DNA of 62,030 nucleotides, the filler included, from Kipferlia bialata (taxonomy: Eukaryota): the NCBI GenBank assembly GCA_003568945.1. It is 6 parts of 6 records of this genome, joined end to end, with 100 filler letters (N's around TTAATTAATTAA, not from the genome) between each part and the next. Parts side by side here need not be neighbours in the genome. Positions count along the whole stretch, not along the records: positions 23,503 to 35,149 come from BDIP01001209.1; positions 35,250 to 46,893 come from BDIP01001210.1; 4 more parts are not named here. One strand, written 5' to 3'. The notes under the pieces are model-generated. The model was not told the origin of the DNA. It was given only the letters and a program-made list of their open reading frames with translations, and did no database searches. Both the position numbers and the translations under genes were made by a program. Shown one piece after another: positions 27,401 through 40,489 of the stretch. How positions within the stretch are numbered: the first letter of the stretch is position 1; each line of letters starts with the position of its first letter.

Positions 27401-30400
27401 TGCCTAGAGGGTAAGGAGAGACTTTGACACCGTACGCATAGTAGATTCATGTCATTACTACAACCATCGCCCACCTTGGATTCAGTGCCACTGCATGATA
27501 TATGTACAGAGAAGGTGAACATATGTGTAGATATAAACACTTATAGTATATGTATCAGAATATGCACTCAACCTGCCCTGTCCCGCATCTGTGCCACAGA
27601 CATATATATATATATACTGTGTGTATTCATATACATATACATACTATATACATAGTATACTAATACTGTCATATACCACACCTGCCCTGTCCTGCATCTG
27701 TGCCACTGACCGGTGGACATATACTCAATATATATATATATACAGACATATACACTACATATATATGTATATATATATATACAAATACGTGTCTATTAGC
27801 ACTCTACCTGCCCTGTCCTGCATCTATACATATATGTATATATATGTGTGTGTGTATATGCATATACCACACCTGCCCTCTCCTGCATCTGTGCCACTGA
27901 CAGAATGTATATATATCAGTATACATATCATTATACATATCAGTATACATATGTATATTAGTAGAGTATATATATGGATATACCTGCCCTGTCCTGCATC
28001 TGTGCCACTGACCGGTGGACATATATTAATACAATACACACACAATAATCAAACATATATATATATATATGTATTCATACAGATACCACACCTGCCCTGT
28101 CCTGCATCTGTGCCACAGACCGGTGGAATGTATACATTGACCAGCGGAATATATACACACACTTATATATATATAGATGTATATACATATTGAAATCTGT
28201 ATATATTAGTAGAGTATATATATGCGCTTTACCTGCCCTGTCCTGCATCTGTGCCACAGACCGGTGGACATCTGTGTACACACTGTTAAGCAGGGAGGTG
28301 AGGCTGGGGGGTGAGAGTATTTATGAATATTCATACATATGGTGGCTTACACAGACATACGAATATACAAGGGAGAGAGAATGCTGGGGAGAGTCAAGAG
28401 ATACATGAACCGGACCAACTTCTGATGTACATCAATACACCAATACATCCACACACACACACACATGTATACATATAAAATTATACAACTAACACGTGCT
28501 ATACCTGCTTCTAATATACATCTCTGCCTCGTAATGGACTGGGTCCAGGGGGAGGCCCTGGGGGTAAGCATACATATGATGTATCTACATCAAGTACATA
28601 CCAACTACCTAGGAGTGCGGGGAGGGGTTGGGGTAGTATTTAATGCATCCACTATATGAAATGAAGACACAAAAGATACCCCTACCTCCATGAGCCCCTG
28701 CCCTCACTTCCAGCACGTGTGGCTGTATGAATGTACATGTATATATGTATACGTATACACCCATATATACCATCATACCTTCATGAGCCCTGCCCTCACT
28801 TCCAGCACGTGTGGCTGTATCCTTCTGAACAGTCTCTCCACAGTAACCCTGAGGCCAGAGAGGAGAGAGGGGTCCAATATACCTCTTGACGATGGCTGAG
28901 TATAAGTATACCATATAAAATGTACTACAATACACACATAGTATACACACACTCTGACGCCACAGAGGAGAGAGGAGAGAGAGAGGGGTCTAGGATGCCC
29001 CTGGAGGATGGGTAAGGCTAGTACACATAGGGTATATGAAGTATTAATAGTAAATGTAAAGAAGATTGCATAGTTAGAGAGCGGACAGAAGGATTGGGTC
29101 TAGCAAACCACGGGAGGAGCGAAATAATAGACTACGAGGAGTTCATTGTACAAAGCAGTATACTAATGTTTAGGCGGTGCACTATAGGTGTTTGAAATGT
29201 CTGGACAAGTAACCCAAGTGGAGAGATCACATATACCAACACATCCATACCTGTCTAGCGTATGTAGTTGTGATCTTGCGCTCATGGATGTCTGGGGGTG
29301 AGGACAGGTGGGCACATGACAATATATTTATGCACTGTACATACTACCAGACATGTGTCTTCCTCTGTCTCTCTGTCTCTCCCTCTTCTCAGTATGTACC
29401 TATGTGCATGTCCTAACTGTCACTTGAACACAGCACAGGTATATACACACCTATATCTTTCTATATGTATGGCTAAAAGGGATAACGCATACACCCAGTA
29501 TACATCTACAATATGTACCTATGTGCGTGTCCTGACTAGCCCTGGCACACACCAAAGAGTAACCCTCATACATACATACATACATACCTATATATACATC
29601 TATCTATACACACAGATATATATGACTACCCCTACCTATGTGCATGTCCTGGCTGGCCCTCGCACACAGCATGGGGTTGGTCACACCGATGATAGAACCT
29701 AGTATGAGGGTATGTATGATACAATACACATAGTAAATGTGTATATTTACATTAATGGCTACTATAATGTATACACAGCATGGGGTTGGTCACACCGATG
29801 ATGGAGCCTGGGGGGTAGATAGGGTACACATAAATATATATATAATATAACATATATATAGGGTACATACACATAGACAGAGACACAGAGAGTATTCATA
29901 TACAGGGAATATGAATAGTATGAATAGTATGCAAGTATGGGATATGTTACCGCTGATGGGGCCTGGGGGTAAGTGACAATGCGAGACCTCTAGAATAGTA
30001 TATATAACATATATACACTGCAATACCTGTGCTGTTTGTGGCCCCTATGCACCCCATCTCACTAGTATATATGCTGTATAGTAGTAGGATTACAATTATT
30101 ATAACATATGGGGACCCTATTTATATAGTACCATACCTGTGCTGTTTGTGGCCCCTATGCACCCCATCTCACTCAGTCCCACGTATGGGAAGCACCGCTC
30201 TGCTAGGGGGTACAGGGAGGTACAGGTGTCTGGGGGGTCAGAGAGAGTGAGGGAGAAGGAGTGGGTGTGTGGGTGAGAGAGAGAGAGACTGAGGGTACGG
30301 AGAGGTGCAGGTGTCATAGGGGTAAGTACACACATATAGATACATCTATATACTGACCCACACCAAGCGAGGTAGGGAAGGAGAGGTTTAGGTGGGGGAG

Positions 30401-30790
30401 GAATACATGCCTACATAGACAATGACTGTATATGTACCATATGTATTGAAATACCTGCATCTGAGCACAGCATCCCTGCTAGGCCCAGTACCATCAGAGA
30501 CACTGTAGATACACGGTGCTTGTGGCCAGAGACTACTATCCTGAGAATTAGTTTCTCTCTCTATATACCTAAGTATACTAAAAAATACATTTACCCTCCC
30601 TCCTCCCCGTCCAGACTGCACTGACCATGTCCGCTGTGTCTGCCGTCTCTCTCTCTCTCTCTCTCTCTCTTTACATATACCTGTATATACTACTATATAC
30701 TACATGTTGTACCTCCTCCCCGTCCACACAGCACTGACCATGTCAGCTGCATAAACACACTCTCTCTCTATATATATGTGTGTGTGATTG

Positions 30791-30822
<32 letters not shown>

Positions 30823-33800
30823 CATATATACTATATACCTCCTCCCCGTCCACACTGCACTGACCATATCCGCTGTGTCTGCTGGACTGTCGAACAGACA
30901 CATGCACTGCATGACAGAGCCGCCTAGGGGTGAGTACAATCTATACATCTGCACTTAAGCCCTTTCCTTTTCCATTCATTTTCGTATATGTATCCATCTT
31001 CTTACCATACCTAGCACACTGGACTATATATATGTATATATACGTATGTCTATCTATATATCTCTATACATACACATCCCTACCTACCACACTGGACACT
31101 GTACCCCATGGGGGCAGGTCTCTCTCTCTCCCTCTCTATCTATACATCTTGTATACACTATACATACCAATTAATAGTATACACATCCCTACCTACCACA
31201 CTGGACACCGTCCCCCAGGGTGGCAGGGCATCTATACCCACATGGCTATGGGGGGATGGGACAGGGGTGGTAGCAGATGCACCCACACCCATACCAATGG
31301 GTGACAGGGACACAGACTCAGTAGTACTCGAGAGAGGGGTAGGTGGGATGGATGTTGTCACTCCGCCACCCCCACCCCCTCTCTCCCTGCCTATGTTGGA
31401 CTCTACACTCAGCCGGGAGAGGGAGAGAGAGACAGAGGCGGGGGGGAGGGGCAGGGGCAGGGGGGACGCACGAAGCTGACGGTAGAGAGACCTGTGGGTT
31501 AGAGAGTGTTGCTGGAATAGGCGGCACTAGTGTCTAGTATGGCACTCTCATACAAACCCACAAGAGAATAGGACATCTTTCCCAATACAGTATATAGTTT
31601 CTCTGAGAAACCCGAGAGCGTACTAAGAAGCAGATATACACATATAACACATATCCACTACCATTGTCACCATCCAGAGGGAGAAATATTAATATGGATA
31701 TATATATTAATATGGATATATATATTAATATGGATATATCGTGTACACAAAGAATCCGGTGCATATTACCCAGCCACTTTGGTCTGAGATGCATCAATTT
31801 ACAATAACGCAGGCAGTGCCCGTAACAGCATGGGTCTATATACTATACATGCAACATACACACATATATATGTATGCTACTATAGTACCTAGCCACTTTG
31901 GTCTGTGATGCGTCTACTTCTAGCAGTGCAGGCAGTGCCCCTATCAATACAGGTCTGTACAGTACAGACAGGGGGGAGGTGGAGACAGCGCAGATACTAC
32001 GCACGATGGAACCACGGGCGACGTCCTATCAATAAGAGTGTAATATAAAATATAGGTAAGGTGAGGATAGGGACACGAGGTATATGTAGGGAAGTATCAA
32101 TTAATCGATTCAATTAATCTATCAACATAAATGTATGTGCTTGTATACACACCTTGCATCTCTTGTACCCCACTGTGATACTCTCTCTCTATATATACAC
32201 CTATATCTATGTCTATATACTTATCTATATACACTACCCTGCATCTCTTACATCCCACGGCCACTGTGACTCTCTCTCTCTCTCTCTCTATCTCCCTCAA
32301 TGTATATGCATACACATGTCTATATCCATACCTTGCATCTCTTGCACCCCACTGCGACTGTGACATACAGACACGATGCCTCTGGGACTGATACAGAGGG
32401 GTGGGACAGTGCACCTAGGGCCAGGGCACAGTCGAAGGGCCTGGGAGTTATATATATATATATATATGTATTCATATACATATATGGATAGAGAGAGAAT
32501 GAGAGAGAGAGGGAACATTGGCCAGGGCACAGTCAAAGGGTCTGAGGGGTTATATACATAGTATATATATATATATGGAGAGAGACAGATAGAGAGAGAG
32601 GAGAGTGGGGATAAGACAGGGAAAGGTCTGGTCGTCAAGAGAGAGAGTGGGAAAGAAAGAGAGAGAGAGGTGCATATCAGAGCTTATCTGAAGGTGTAGA
32701 ATATAGGTGTATGCTGTTGCGAAAACTATATATAGAGCAATACCTGCAACAATATGTTTGATACTCTTCGCAGTGTCAATATATATATATTGCACCCCCA
32801 CACCTGTTGAAGCCTATGCCCCTTGCATTGCCCTCGGTGTCATACACAGACAGCAGCCTAGAGGGTTAATATATATAGATAGATACAAGTATATACATAT
32901 ACACATATATATATATATATATATATGTACTCCTTGCCCTCGGTGTCATACACATTAGACAATAATAGAGATATACACAGACAGCAGCCTGGGGGTTAGC
33001 TGTATTGAGATACAACTACAATATATTTTCGGATATACACACTACATCAGATACCTATCTGTGATACTGGACACTGGGTCCTCTCCCACATGCACTGTGA
33101 CATGTATATAACATGTATATATACTAATGAATACAGTGTATATACTCAGTATACAATATAGTATATAGTAGGATGTATCCCTATACCTATCCGTAATGCT
33201 AGAGACTGGGTCCTCCCCCACATGCACTGTGACATGGCAGTCACACCCATCGAAGGTGACGGTAGGGCCTAAAGATTAGTGCATAATATATGTATGAGAG
33301 TATTAATGTGTATATATATATATGTAATAATTCACTACACTACATGCAGTGGCAGTCACACCCATCGAAGGTGACGGTGGGGCCTAAGCGTTAGTGTATA
33401 TACTATGATGGTATACAATACATACACATGAGTATATGTATATATATATACTACATGCACTGAGACGTGGCAGTCACACCCGTCGAAGGTGACGGTAGGG
33501 CCTGCTGTTAATATAAATATATACATATATATACACACGGGAATATATATATGAATATGAATAGGCATATATATACTACATGTACTGTGACATGGTAGTC
33601 ACACCCAGTGCAGTATATACAACCATTACATGTACAAGTACACATATATAGGTATATACTAATCCCCACCCGCTGTGATTGTGGCATAGCACAGTAGGTA
33701 CACGACATATACTTCTAATTATACCAGTATATAATAGTAAAGTGTATATAATAGATACCCCTACCTGCTGTGATTGTGGCATAGCACAGCGACCCTTGGG

Positions 33801-34162
33801 GTGTGTCTCTCTCCCACCTGGGGGGTTAGGGCATTGACACAGTAATGACTTACTGTATGAGAGGATACAATACAATATATATATACTGTCTTGTAGATAT
33901 ATCCCTGGGGGGTGTCTCTCTCCCACCTGGGGGTTAGAGGGGGGGGGGTATCATACAATTACACGATACGTATGTAGCATATGCTAGCCTACTATACTTC
34001 ATATCATACCACACTATTCTATCCCTACCTCCCCTCCGCTCTGTTGTATGTATAGGGAGCTGCCTCTACGCATACTGGTATGGGACAGGGGGTAGGGGGG
34101 GCAGGTCTGGAGTGGAGGAACTGGTACCAGTCCTCAGACTGACTAGGGGTTAGACTATAGAG

Positions 34163-34227
<65 letters not shown>

Positions 34228-34737
34228 TGGAGGAACTGGTACCAGTCCTCGGACTGGCTGGGATAAGAAGAGAACTATGTATATGTATGTAAAGAGACAG
34301 ACATAATGGTGAGATAGAGAGAGAGAGAGAGAGAGGATACGACCGGCTGTAGTAAGAGGGTATTGACACACAGACAAGTATAGAGTAAGAGAGAAAGAGA
34401 GAGAGTGAGTAGGGGTGGGAGACACCCATACCTGTGTGCCCCGTCTGGTATCAACACCATATTATATATATAATAACATATATACATCCAGACATGGATA
34501 GAGGAGAGAGACTACTCTCAATGATATATATATATATATATATATATATGTACTCTCAATGTTCACCTGTGTGCCCCGTCTGGTATCAACATACAATAGA
34601 TACTATTATACAATAGATAGTATTATACAATAGATAGTATTATGTATACACAATAGTATACTCCATGTTAATATACTCACCTGTGTGCCCCGTCTGGTAT
34701 CAACATCTCAGCACAGGAGGGGGGAAGACAGGGGCCT
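24500..34737 (-). CDS. Afi1/MesA-type DENN-domain protein (>20 small exons), 5' end off contig, 3' end uncertain
   Basis: Decoded exons in the expected order: CAEMLIPDGAH-SQSEDWYQFL (uDENN), DVARGSIVRSICAVSTSPLSVLYRPVLIGAL, MVSAVWTGRR, VSLMVLGLAGML, ERCFPYVGLSEM..GSIIGVTNPML. These parallel Afi1/MesA motifs LAELMLPD..H...DW..F, RGA.VK...I, FPY..L and G.I.GVTNP. Confidence 0.72.
27571..28270 (-). repeat. Array of seven copies of exon 3' end plus donor (cctgccctgtcctgcatctgtgccac)
   Basis: Copies start at ~27571, 27680, 27806, 27871, 27982, 28090 and 28231 (the last is the complete exon), separated by TA-rich spacers. Confidence 0.95.
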
Positions 34738-34741
34738 AGGA

Positions 34742-34782
<41 letters not shown>

Positions 34783-35149
34783 GGGGGTAGACAGGGGCCT
34801 GGAGTTAGAGAGGAGGGGGAGGGAGGGAGAGAGATAGATATATAGAGGCAGGAGGGGCAGGAGGGGAGGCAGGGGCCTAGGGTGAGAGAGGAGGAAAGAG
34901 AGAGAAGGATAGAGAGAAAGACTGCGAGGGAGGGCAGAGAGGAACTATAGCGAGAGAGGGAGGGGGGGTGGAGAGAAGGGGATGTGAGTGTGAGTCAAAG
35001 TAGCCTACACTGAGTGAGTGGTAAGAGCAAGCTTGTATAATAGGTGGGACGGACAGAGTGAGGGACACATTGACATTGAGTACATATGGAGAGAGAGAGA
35101 GAGAGGGAGAGGGGGGGGGGGGGGGGGGGGCCCCAGAAGAGGGGGGAAA

Positions 35150-35249
35150 NNNNNNNNNNNNNNNNNNNNNNNNNNNNNNNNNNNNNNNNNNNNTTAATTA
35201 ATTAANNNNNNNNNNNNNNNNNNNNNNNNNNNNNNNNNNNNNNNNNNNN
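35150..35249. other. Artificial contig spacer
   Basis: N-run with TTAATTAATTAA. Confidence 0.99.
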
Positions 35250-35527
35250 CACAGGGGTGACTGGGCTACCACCTCCTGGAGGTGAGGGTCACTATACGAT
35301 ACTACATATACAAATACAAGTACATGTACATATACATGATATCTCTGGGGTGAGTGCACGAACACCTCTCGGAGGTTAGTATCACTATACTCATATAAGT
35401 ACATAAGAATGTATATATGATATCACAGGGGTGACTGTGCCAACTGCCCCTGGTGGTTGGCAGTGACATATCAGCATCACGATATACCTACACATATACC
35501 CGAATACACATATATATATCTCCATAC

Positions 35528-36770
35528 CTGACCCACTCAGTGCCTCCAGTGTGAGGGCCGCCTCTGCCTCCTCCCCAGTCATGTCACCACTCTCTACAAG
35601 AGAGGACACTGCCTCGGACCTCACAGAGGCCAGGGAGGCAGCGAACCCATCTGTGACTGCCTGGGGATCTTGGGGGCCTGGTGGTGAGTAATAATAACAT
35701 GACATACAAGTGTGTATGATACATAGAGTACGTTTATATACATGCGAATATAGGATAATTACACGTTAGGATCCGCACGACACACTGCAACTCCCATGGG
35801 ATAGTAGTACTTTTATACAAGTGTATTGTATGTGTCGTATATCTAGTATATACAGTATATACAGTATATATGGTTATATATATAATATAGTGTACCTGCA
35901 TCGCCCTCGATGGGGACTAAGTCCTCCTGGGTGATGGGAGAGAAAGCATCCCACTCACACACTGCTGGTGAGACATAGCTTGTACACTATATACTATATA
36001 TGCGCTACCAACAGAAGTTGGCACACATATATATACCTAGAGCACACATATACTACTGTATATGATGACTGGTGGCAAGTACCTGGCGGTGTGGGGACTG
36101 TCTCTGTCTCTGTCTCTCTCTCCCTCTCTCTCTCTCCCTCAGCCTGGGCATCGATAGGTGCAGGTGCCAGTGACATGTCCCCTAGACCCCCTAGACCCCC
36201 TAGACACTCTAGGCCCACTCCGACGGGTGCCTGGAGGATGGGGGAGAGAACAAGCATACCAGCCTGGGGTGAGGGTGAATGAGGTATATACAGTAACTGG
36301 GTGGGAGAGTCACATCTGGAGAGAATATCATTGCGTCAACCGAGAAGCTGAGATTAGTAAGCACCTGTCTGGATGGAGATGAGTATGTTAGTATATATAT
36401 ACAATGTGTCTTGTGTAATTAGTACATCTATGACAACATATATATATGGTGGCAACAGTGTCAGGAGTATGAGGTCGAAAAGTATTGAGTACACGGTACA
36501 GTACACACACATATAGTGGTATATCAATCTATCTACCCACCTCTGCTGCCAGGCGGGCTGCCCCTCTCACCACAGCCACACACTCAGAGACACCAGGGTC
36601 AGGGTCAGGGTCTGGTACACCTACCCCACCCTCTGTGGCTGGAGACACCCTCTCTCCACCGTACTCAGTACCACACTGAGAGAGGGCAGTGGTGCGGTGG
36701 GCACCGACAGAAGGCGTACTGAACCTGCCGTATGCCCTCTCCATCTTTGCCTCCTGCACCTGGAGGATGC
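35528..36770 (-). CDS. Four or more exons of an unknown protein, probably the upstream part of the contig-2 giant gene
   Basis: GC-rich exons at ~36541-36770, 36083-36262, 35896-35963 and 35528-35677. The last ends ...ALSGS-G| in phase 1, compatible with the exon at 11852. Confidence 0.6.
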
Positions 36771-37109
36771 CTTGGGTAAGAGAGAGGGAGTGAATATACT
36801 ATTATTGATATCTTGGATGCTAATCTACGATGCCTTGGGTAAGAGAGAGGGAGTGAATATACTAATATTGATGTCTTGGATGCTAATCTACTATGCCTTG
36901 GGTAAGAGCGATGGAATGTATATACTATTATCGATATCTCATATATAGAATATATGTGTCAGGCACACTCATACAGCACATGAGTCTAACACAGAGGTAC
37001 CAAGCAAATGAAATACCTGTCCTGTGAATGTCATGTGATGTAGCGACGAAGCGGCGGAGTAGTATACTACATATATCGGCATATCAATGTGAATATGTCT
37101 CACAATACT

Positions 37110-39127
37110 CACTTAACTTGCCCTTAGGCCGGGTCTTTGAGCTCTTCAGACTCGCAGGGGGGATCCGAGTAGTGCCTTACTGTCAGATACCAAAGAAGTG
37201 ACTGTCAGATACCAAATGAGTCACAGCCATGGAAATGTATCCATGCATTGCTTCATACACATCTACATACATATGAATACACATTCTATCCATATACGCA
37301 CCATGTGTTAATGCCTAGAACAACCACCCGACAGTCTCTCTATGCGTATACTCATACACATAACAATATGCTCACACATATAGGTGTATATGTATATATA
37401 CACGAATATATACGTATATATACACTGATGCTTGGGACAGGTCCAACCCATGAGGAGCATATATAGGTATCAGAGACAGGGTTTATATGTAATACTTTGT
37501 ATATACATATATCAATGTGCGTACCCTGCTTCGATGCCTGGGATAGTCCCACTCTGGTGGATTCCTCGGGGAGAGTCTCTCTCTCTCTCTCCCTCTCTCT
37601 CTCCCTCTCTCTCTCCCTCTCCCTCTCCCTCTCCCTCTTCTTCTCCTTCTCCCTCTCCCTCTCCCTCTTCTTCTCCCTCTCCTTCCCCCGCTGCCCGTTG
37701 GTCCTCTGAAGGTAAGTATGTATACTAGTAGTAATATCATACATGTAAGTTGGTAGCATAATTAATAACAAGGATGAATAGTAGTTATGTATCATAAGTG
37801 TATGGTACTATAATAACATATTGCATGATGAGGAAATACAATACAATTATTACAATAGAGTGCTATGTATGTTTCAGTAGATGGGTACAGGTATACATAT
37901 GTATATATATGTGTGTGTACTATCATAATGTATCTAGGTGTATAGGTATATATATGTTCTACCTGGGGAGCTGCAGGGCGCCCTGTGCTGGCTAGTGTCT
38001 TGGGAGCAGAGACCCCTGAGGATCAGAATCATATAGGTATTCTATATATTACATAATACACTTAACAATGAGTCTATAGATACATTACGATAACTAGTCT
38101 CTATACAGTTCATGTATAGTCCAGATATATTATCGTTGACAGTAATGTTGAAGGATTACAACCATAATATACACAACTATAATGTACTAATTGTACTAAC
38201 ACACAAAGAGGTGTACTTGTCCCTGCGCCGTCCACGCTGGTATATCACCCTTGTAGATGCACTACACTGCATATATCACTGTATGGTGTATACACTTACC
38301 TCTGCGCCGCTGGTTGGAGCCGTTCTCCTTGTTCTTCTTGAGCTCCTTAACCAGCTGCTTGAACTCCCTTCTCTGCCGTTAGTGATAGAACATTACTATA
38401 GTATACCATATACACATATATAGTATACCATTATATGTCGGATAGTCGTGGATATGATATATATGTATATATACATATACATATGCCACATATATAATGA
38501 GGCCACACCGATACACTGGGCCTACTCCATCCTCTGACATGAGATACACTATATGAATATACACGGTATATATATATATGCATTGCACAGATATATGTGG
38601 AGTCTCCTCAGCTGTAAGTCTCTGCCATGAGTGATAGTCTCATATATGATGTAGATACATGCGAGGGTGTATGAGTACATATATATGTATGTATAAGTGA
38701 TAGTACTAATGAGTATATCACAAATCACACACACCCATATGTATTCATATATAGTAATATATCACATAATTAGAGAACATGCACCCCGATACACGGGACG
38801 TACTCCCTCCTCTGACATGAGATGTCGTCCATAATATATGAACAATAACAATACAGTTACCTGGATAAATGAATGTGTATATACACATAAATATGGAGCA
38901 TACCATCACTCTCTTACCCTCTGCTTACTCCTCCCTCTAACACTGACATACGTATGCTCTCCACTACACACCAACATATACAAAAGAGAAAATGTACGTA
39001 TTGCACTTCATATATTGTTACCATTAGTGCGGAATGATACAACAAACACCCATGAACATGATATACTCATACCTAATCCTGGGCACATGCAGCAACAAAA
39101 ATAGTAATACAAGCATCTGTGACACAG

Positions 39128-39177
<50 letters not shown>

Positions 39178-40489
39178 GTGCATAACCTGTCATACCTTCT
39201 CTCTGTTAGTCTCCTGTGCAGCCAGATACCTCGCCGTGCCCAGTAGAGAATGGCGAGACTCGACAGGGTTCCCATACTCAACATAGCGCACTACGCCGAA
39301 GAGTGCGCCTGTCTGGGTGCCGTCTAGGGTGAGATAGAGGATGAAGCTGTATTGATTGTAGTATACACAATGATTGTACTATATATACAATATTGAGATT
39401 GCCAAATACAAGTAAATATATATATATGTATATATATGTGAGTCATACGAGCTCGTATGATACGAGCACCGTCTTGGGTGAGATGAAAACAGGTGTATTT
39501 ACTGTACTATAGGGTGCACGGAAACTATATATGTGTGTATGGAGTGGTGTCTATAGTAAGAAGAGTATATATAGTGGGGGAAATAGAGGAGGGTACACTA
39601 CATAAGAGTAGAGAACGTAAGAGGGACCGTATCATACACAAACACTCATATACATAAATACATACATACATATACAAATATGTATAAATATAGTAAATGA
39701 GTATTGAACATACCAGCCCCTGTCAGATACTCAATCTTGAACTTTAGCCGCTTATCCAGTGGCAGGGCCAGGTAGTCTCTAAAGGTACGTGGGTACGTGT
39801 CGAAGCCCTTAGACTTCACCTTTGCCCACACCTTGCCCCATTGCTCCTCTATCGACTGTTCCTTCTCCCGCTCCTGACGTTAGGGACAGGCATAGAGAGG
39901 GAGAGAGAGAGAGATCATGTCGCCAGAAATGTGATCCGTCTGGTATAAGGGTCTAGAGGATAGAAAGAGAGAGAGAGAGAGAGAGATCATGTCGCCAGAA
40001 ATATGCTCCGTCTGGTATAAGGGTCTAGGGGATAGAAAGAGAGAGAGGGAGGGAGAGACCATGTCGGCAGAGGTGTGCCCTTCTGGAATAAGGGAGACTA
40101 ACGAGAGAGAGACATATACTGTGACAGAGATATAGAGATGTATGGAGTGAAGTAGTAGATGTATATACCAGTGTCCACCATGGATACTACATAGTTGAAC
40201 ACGTATCTATATATGCAAGAATAGTGCCATAGAATGATCATTGTTCACACTCCCAGCATCTCAAACTATGATACGGTATCATAGTATGATACCCTATATA
40301 CATCAATGGTATATTGACACAAGGTGCAGCCACAAGGATGACTATATACCTATACATATATCTATAGAGATATATCACAAGGAATCGTACCAAAGTTTCG
40401 AGATGGCGGCGTTCCACCTTCTTCTCCAGCTCCTTCATCTCCTGGGCACACCGTTTCGCAGTGGGCACCTTACACTGTATCGTGCGCAT
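37110..40489 (-). CDS. Hypothetical basic/charged multi-exon protein
   Basis: Splice-site-bounded GC-rich exons encoding MRTIQCKVPTAKRCAQEMKELEKKVERRHLETL, RQEREKEQSIEEQWGKVWAKV..., GVVRYVEYGNPVESRHSLLG and RREFKQLVKELKKNKE; no family recognised; boundaries uncertain. Confidence 0.45.

Noticed and set aside
27571..28270. CRISPR-like repeat-spacer appearance
   Set aside because: Eukaryotic intron; the repeat is an exon end, spacers are low-complexity and variable in length, and no cas genes are present.
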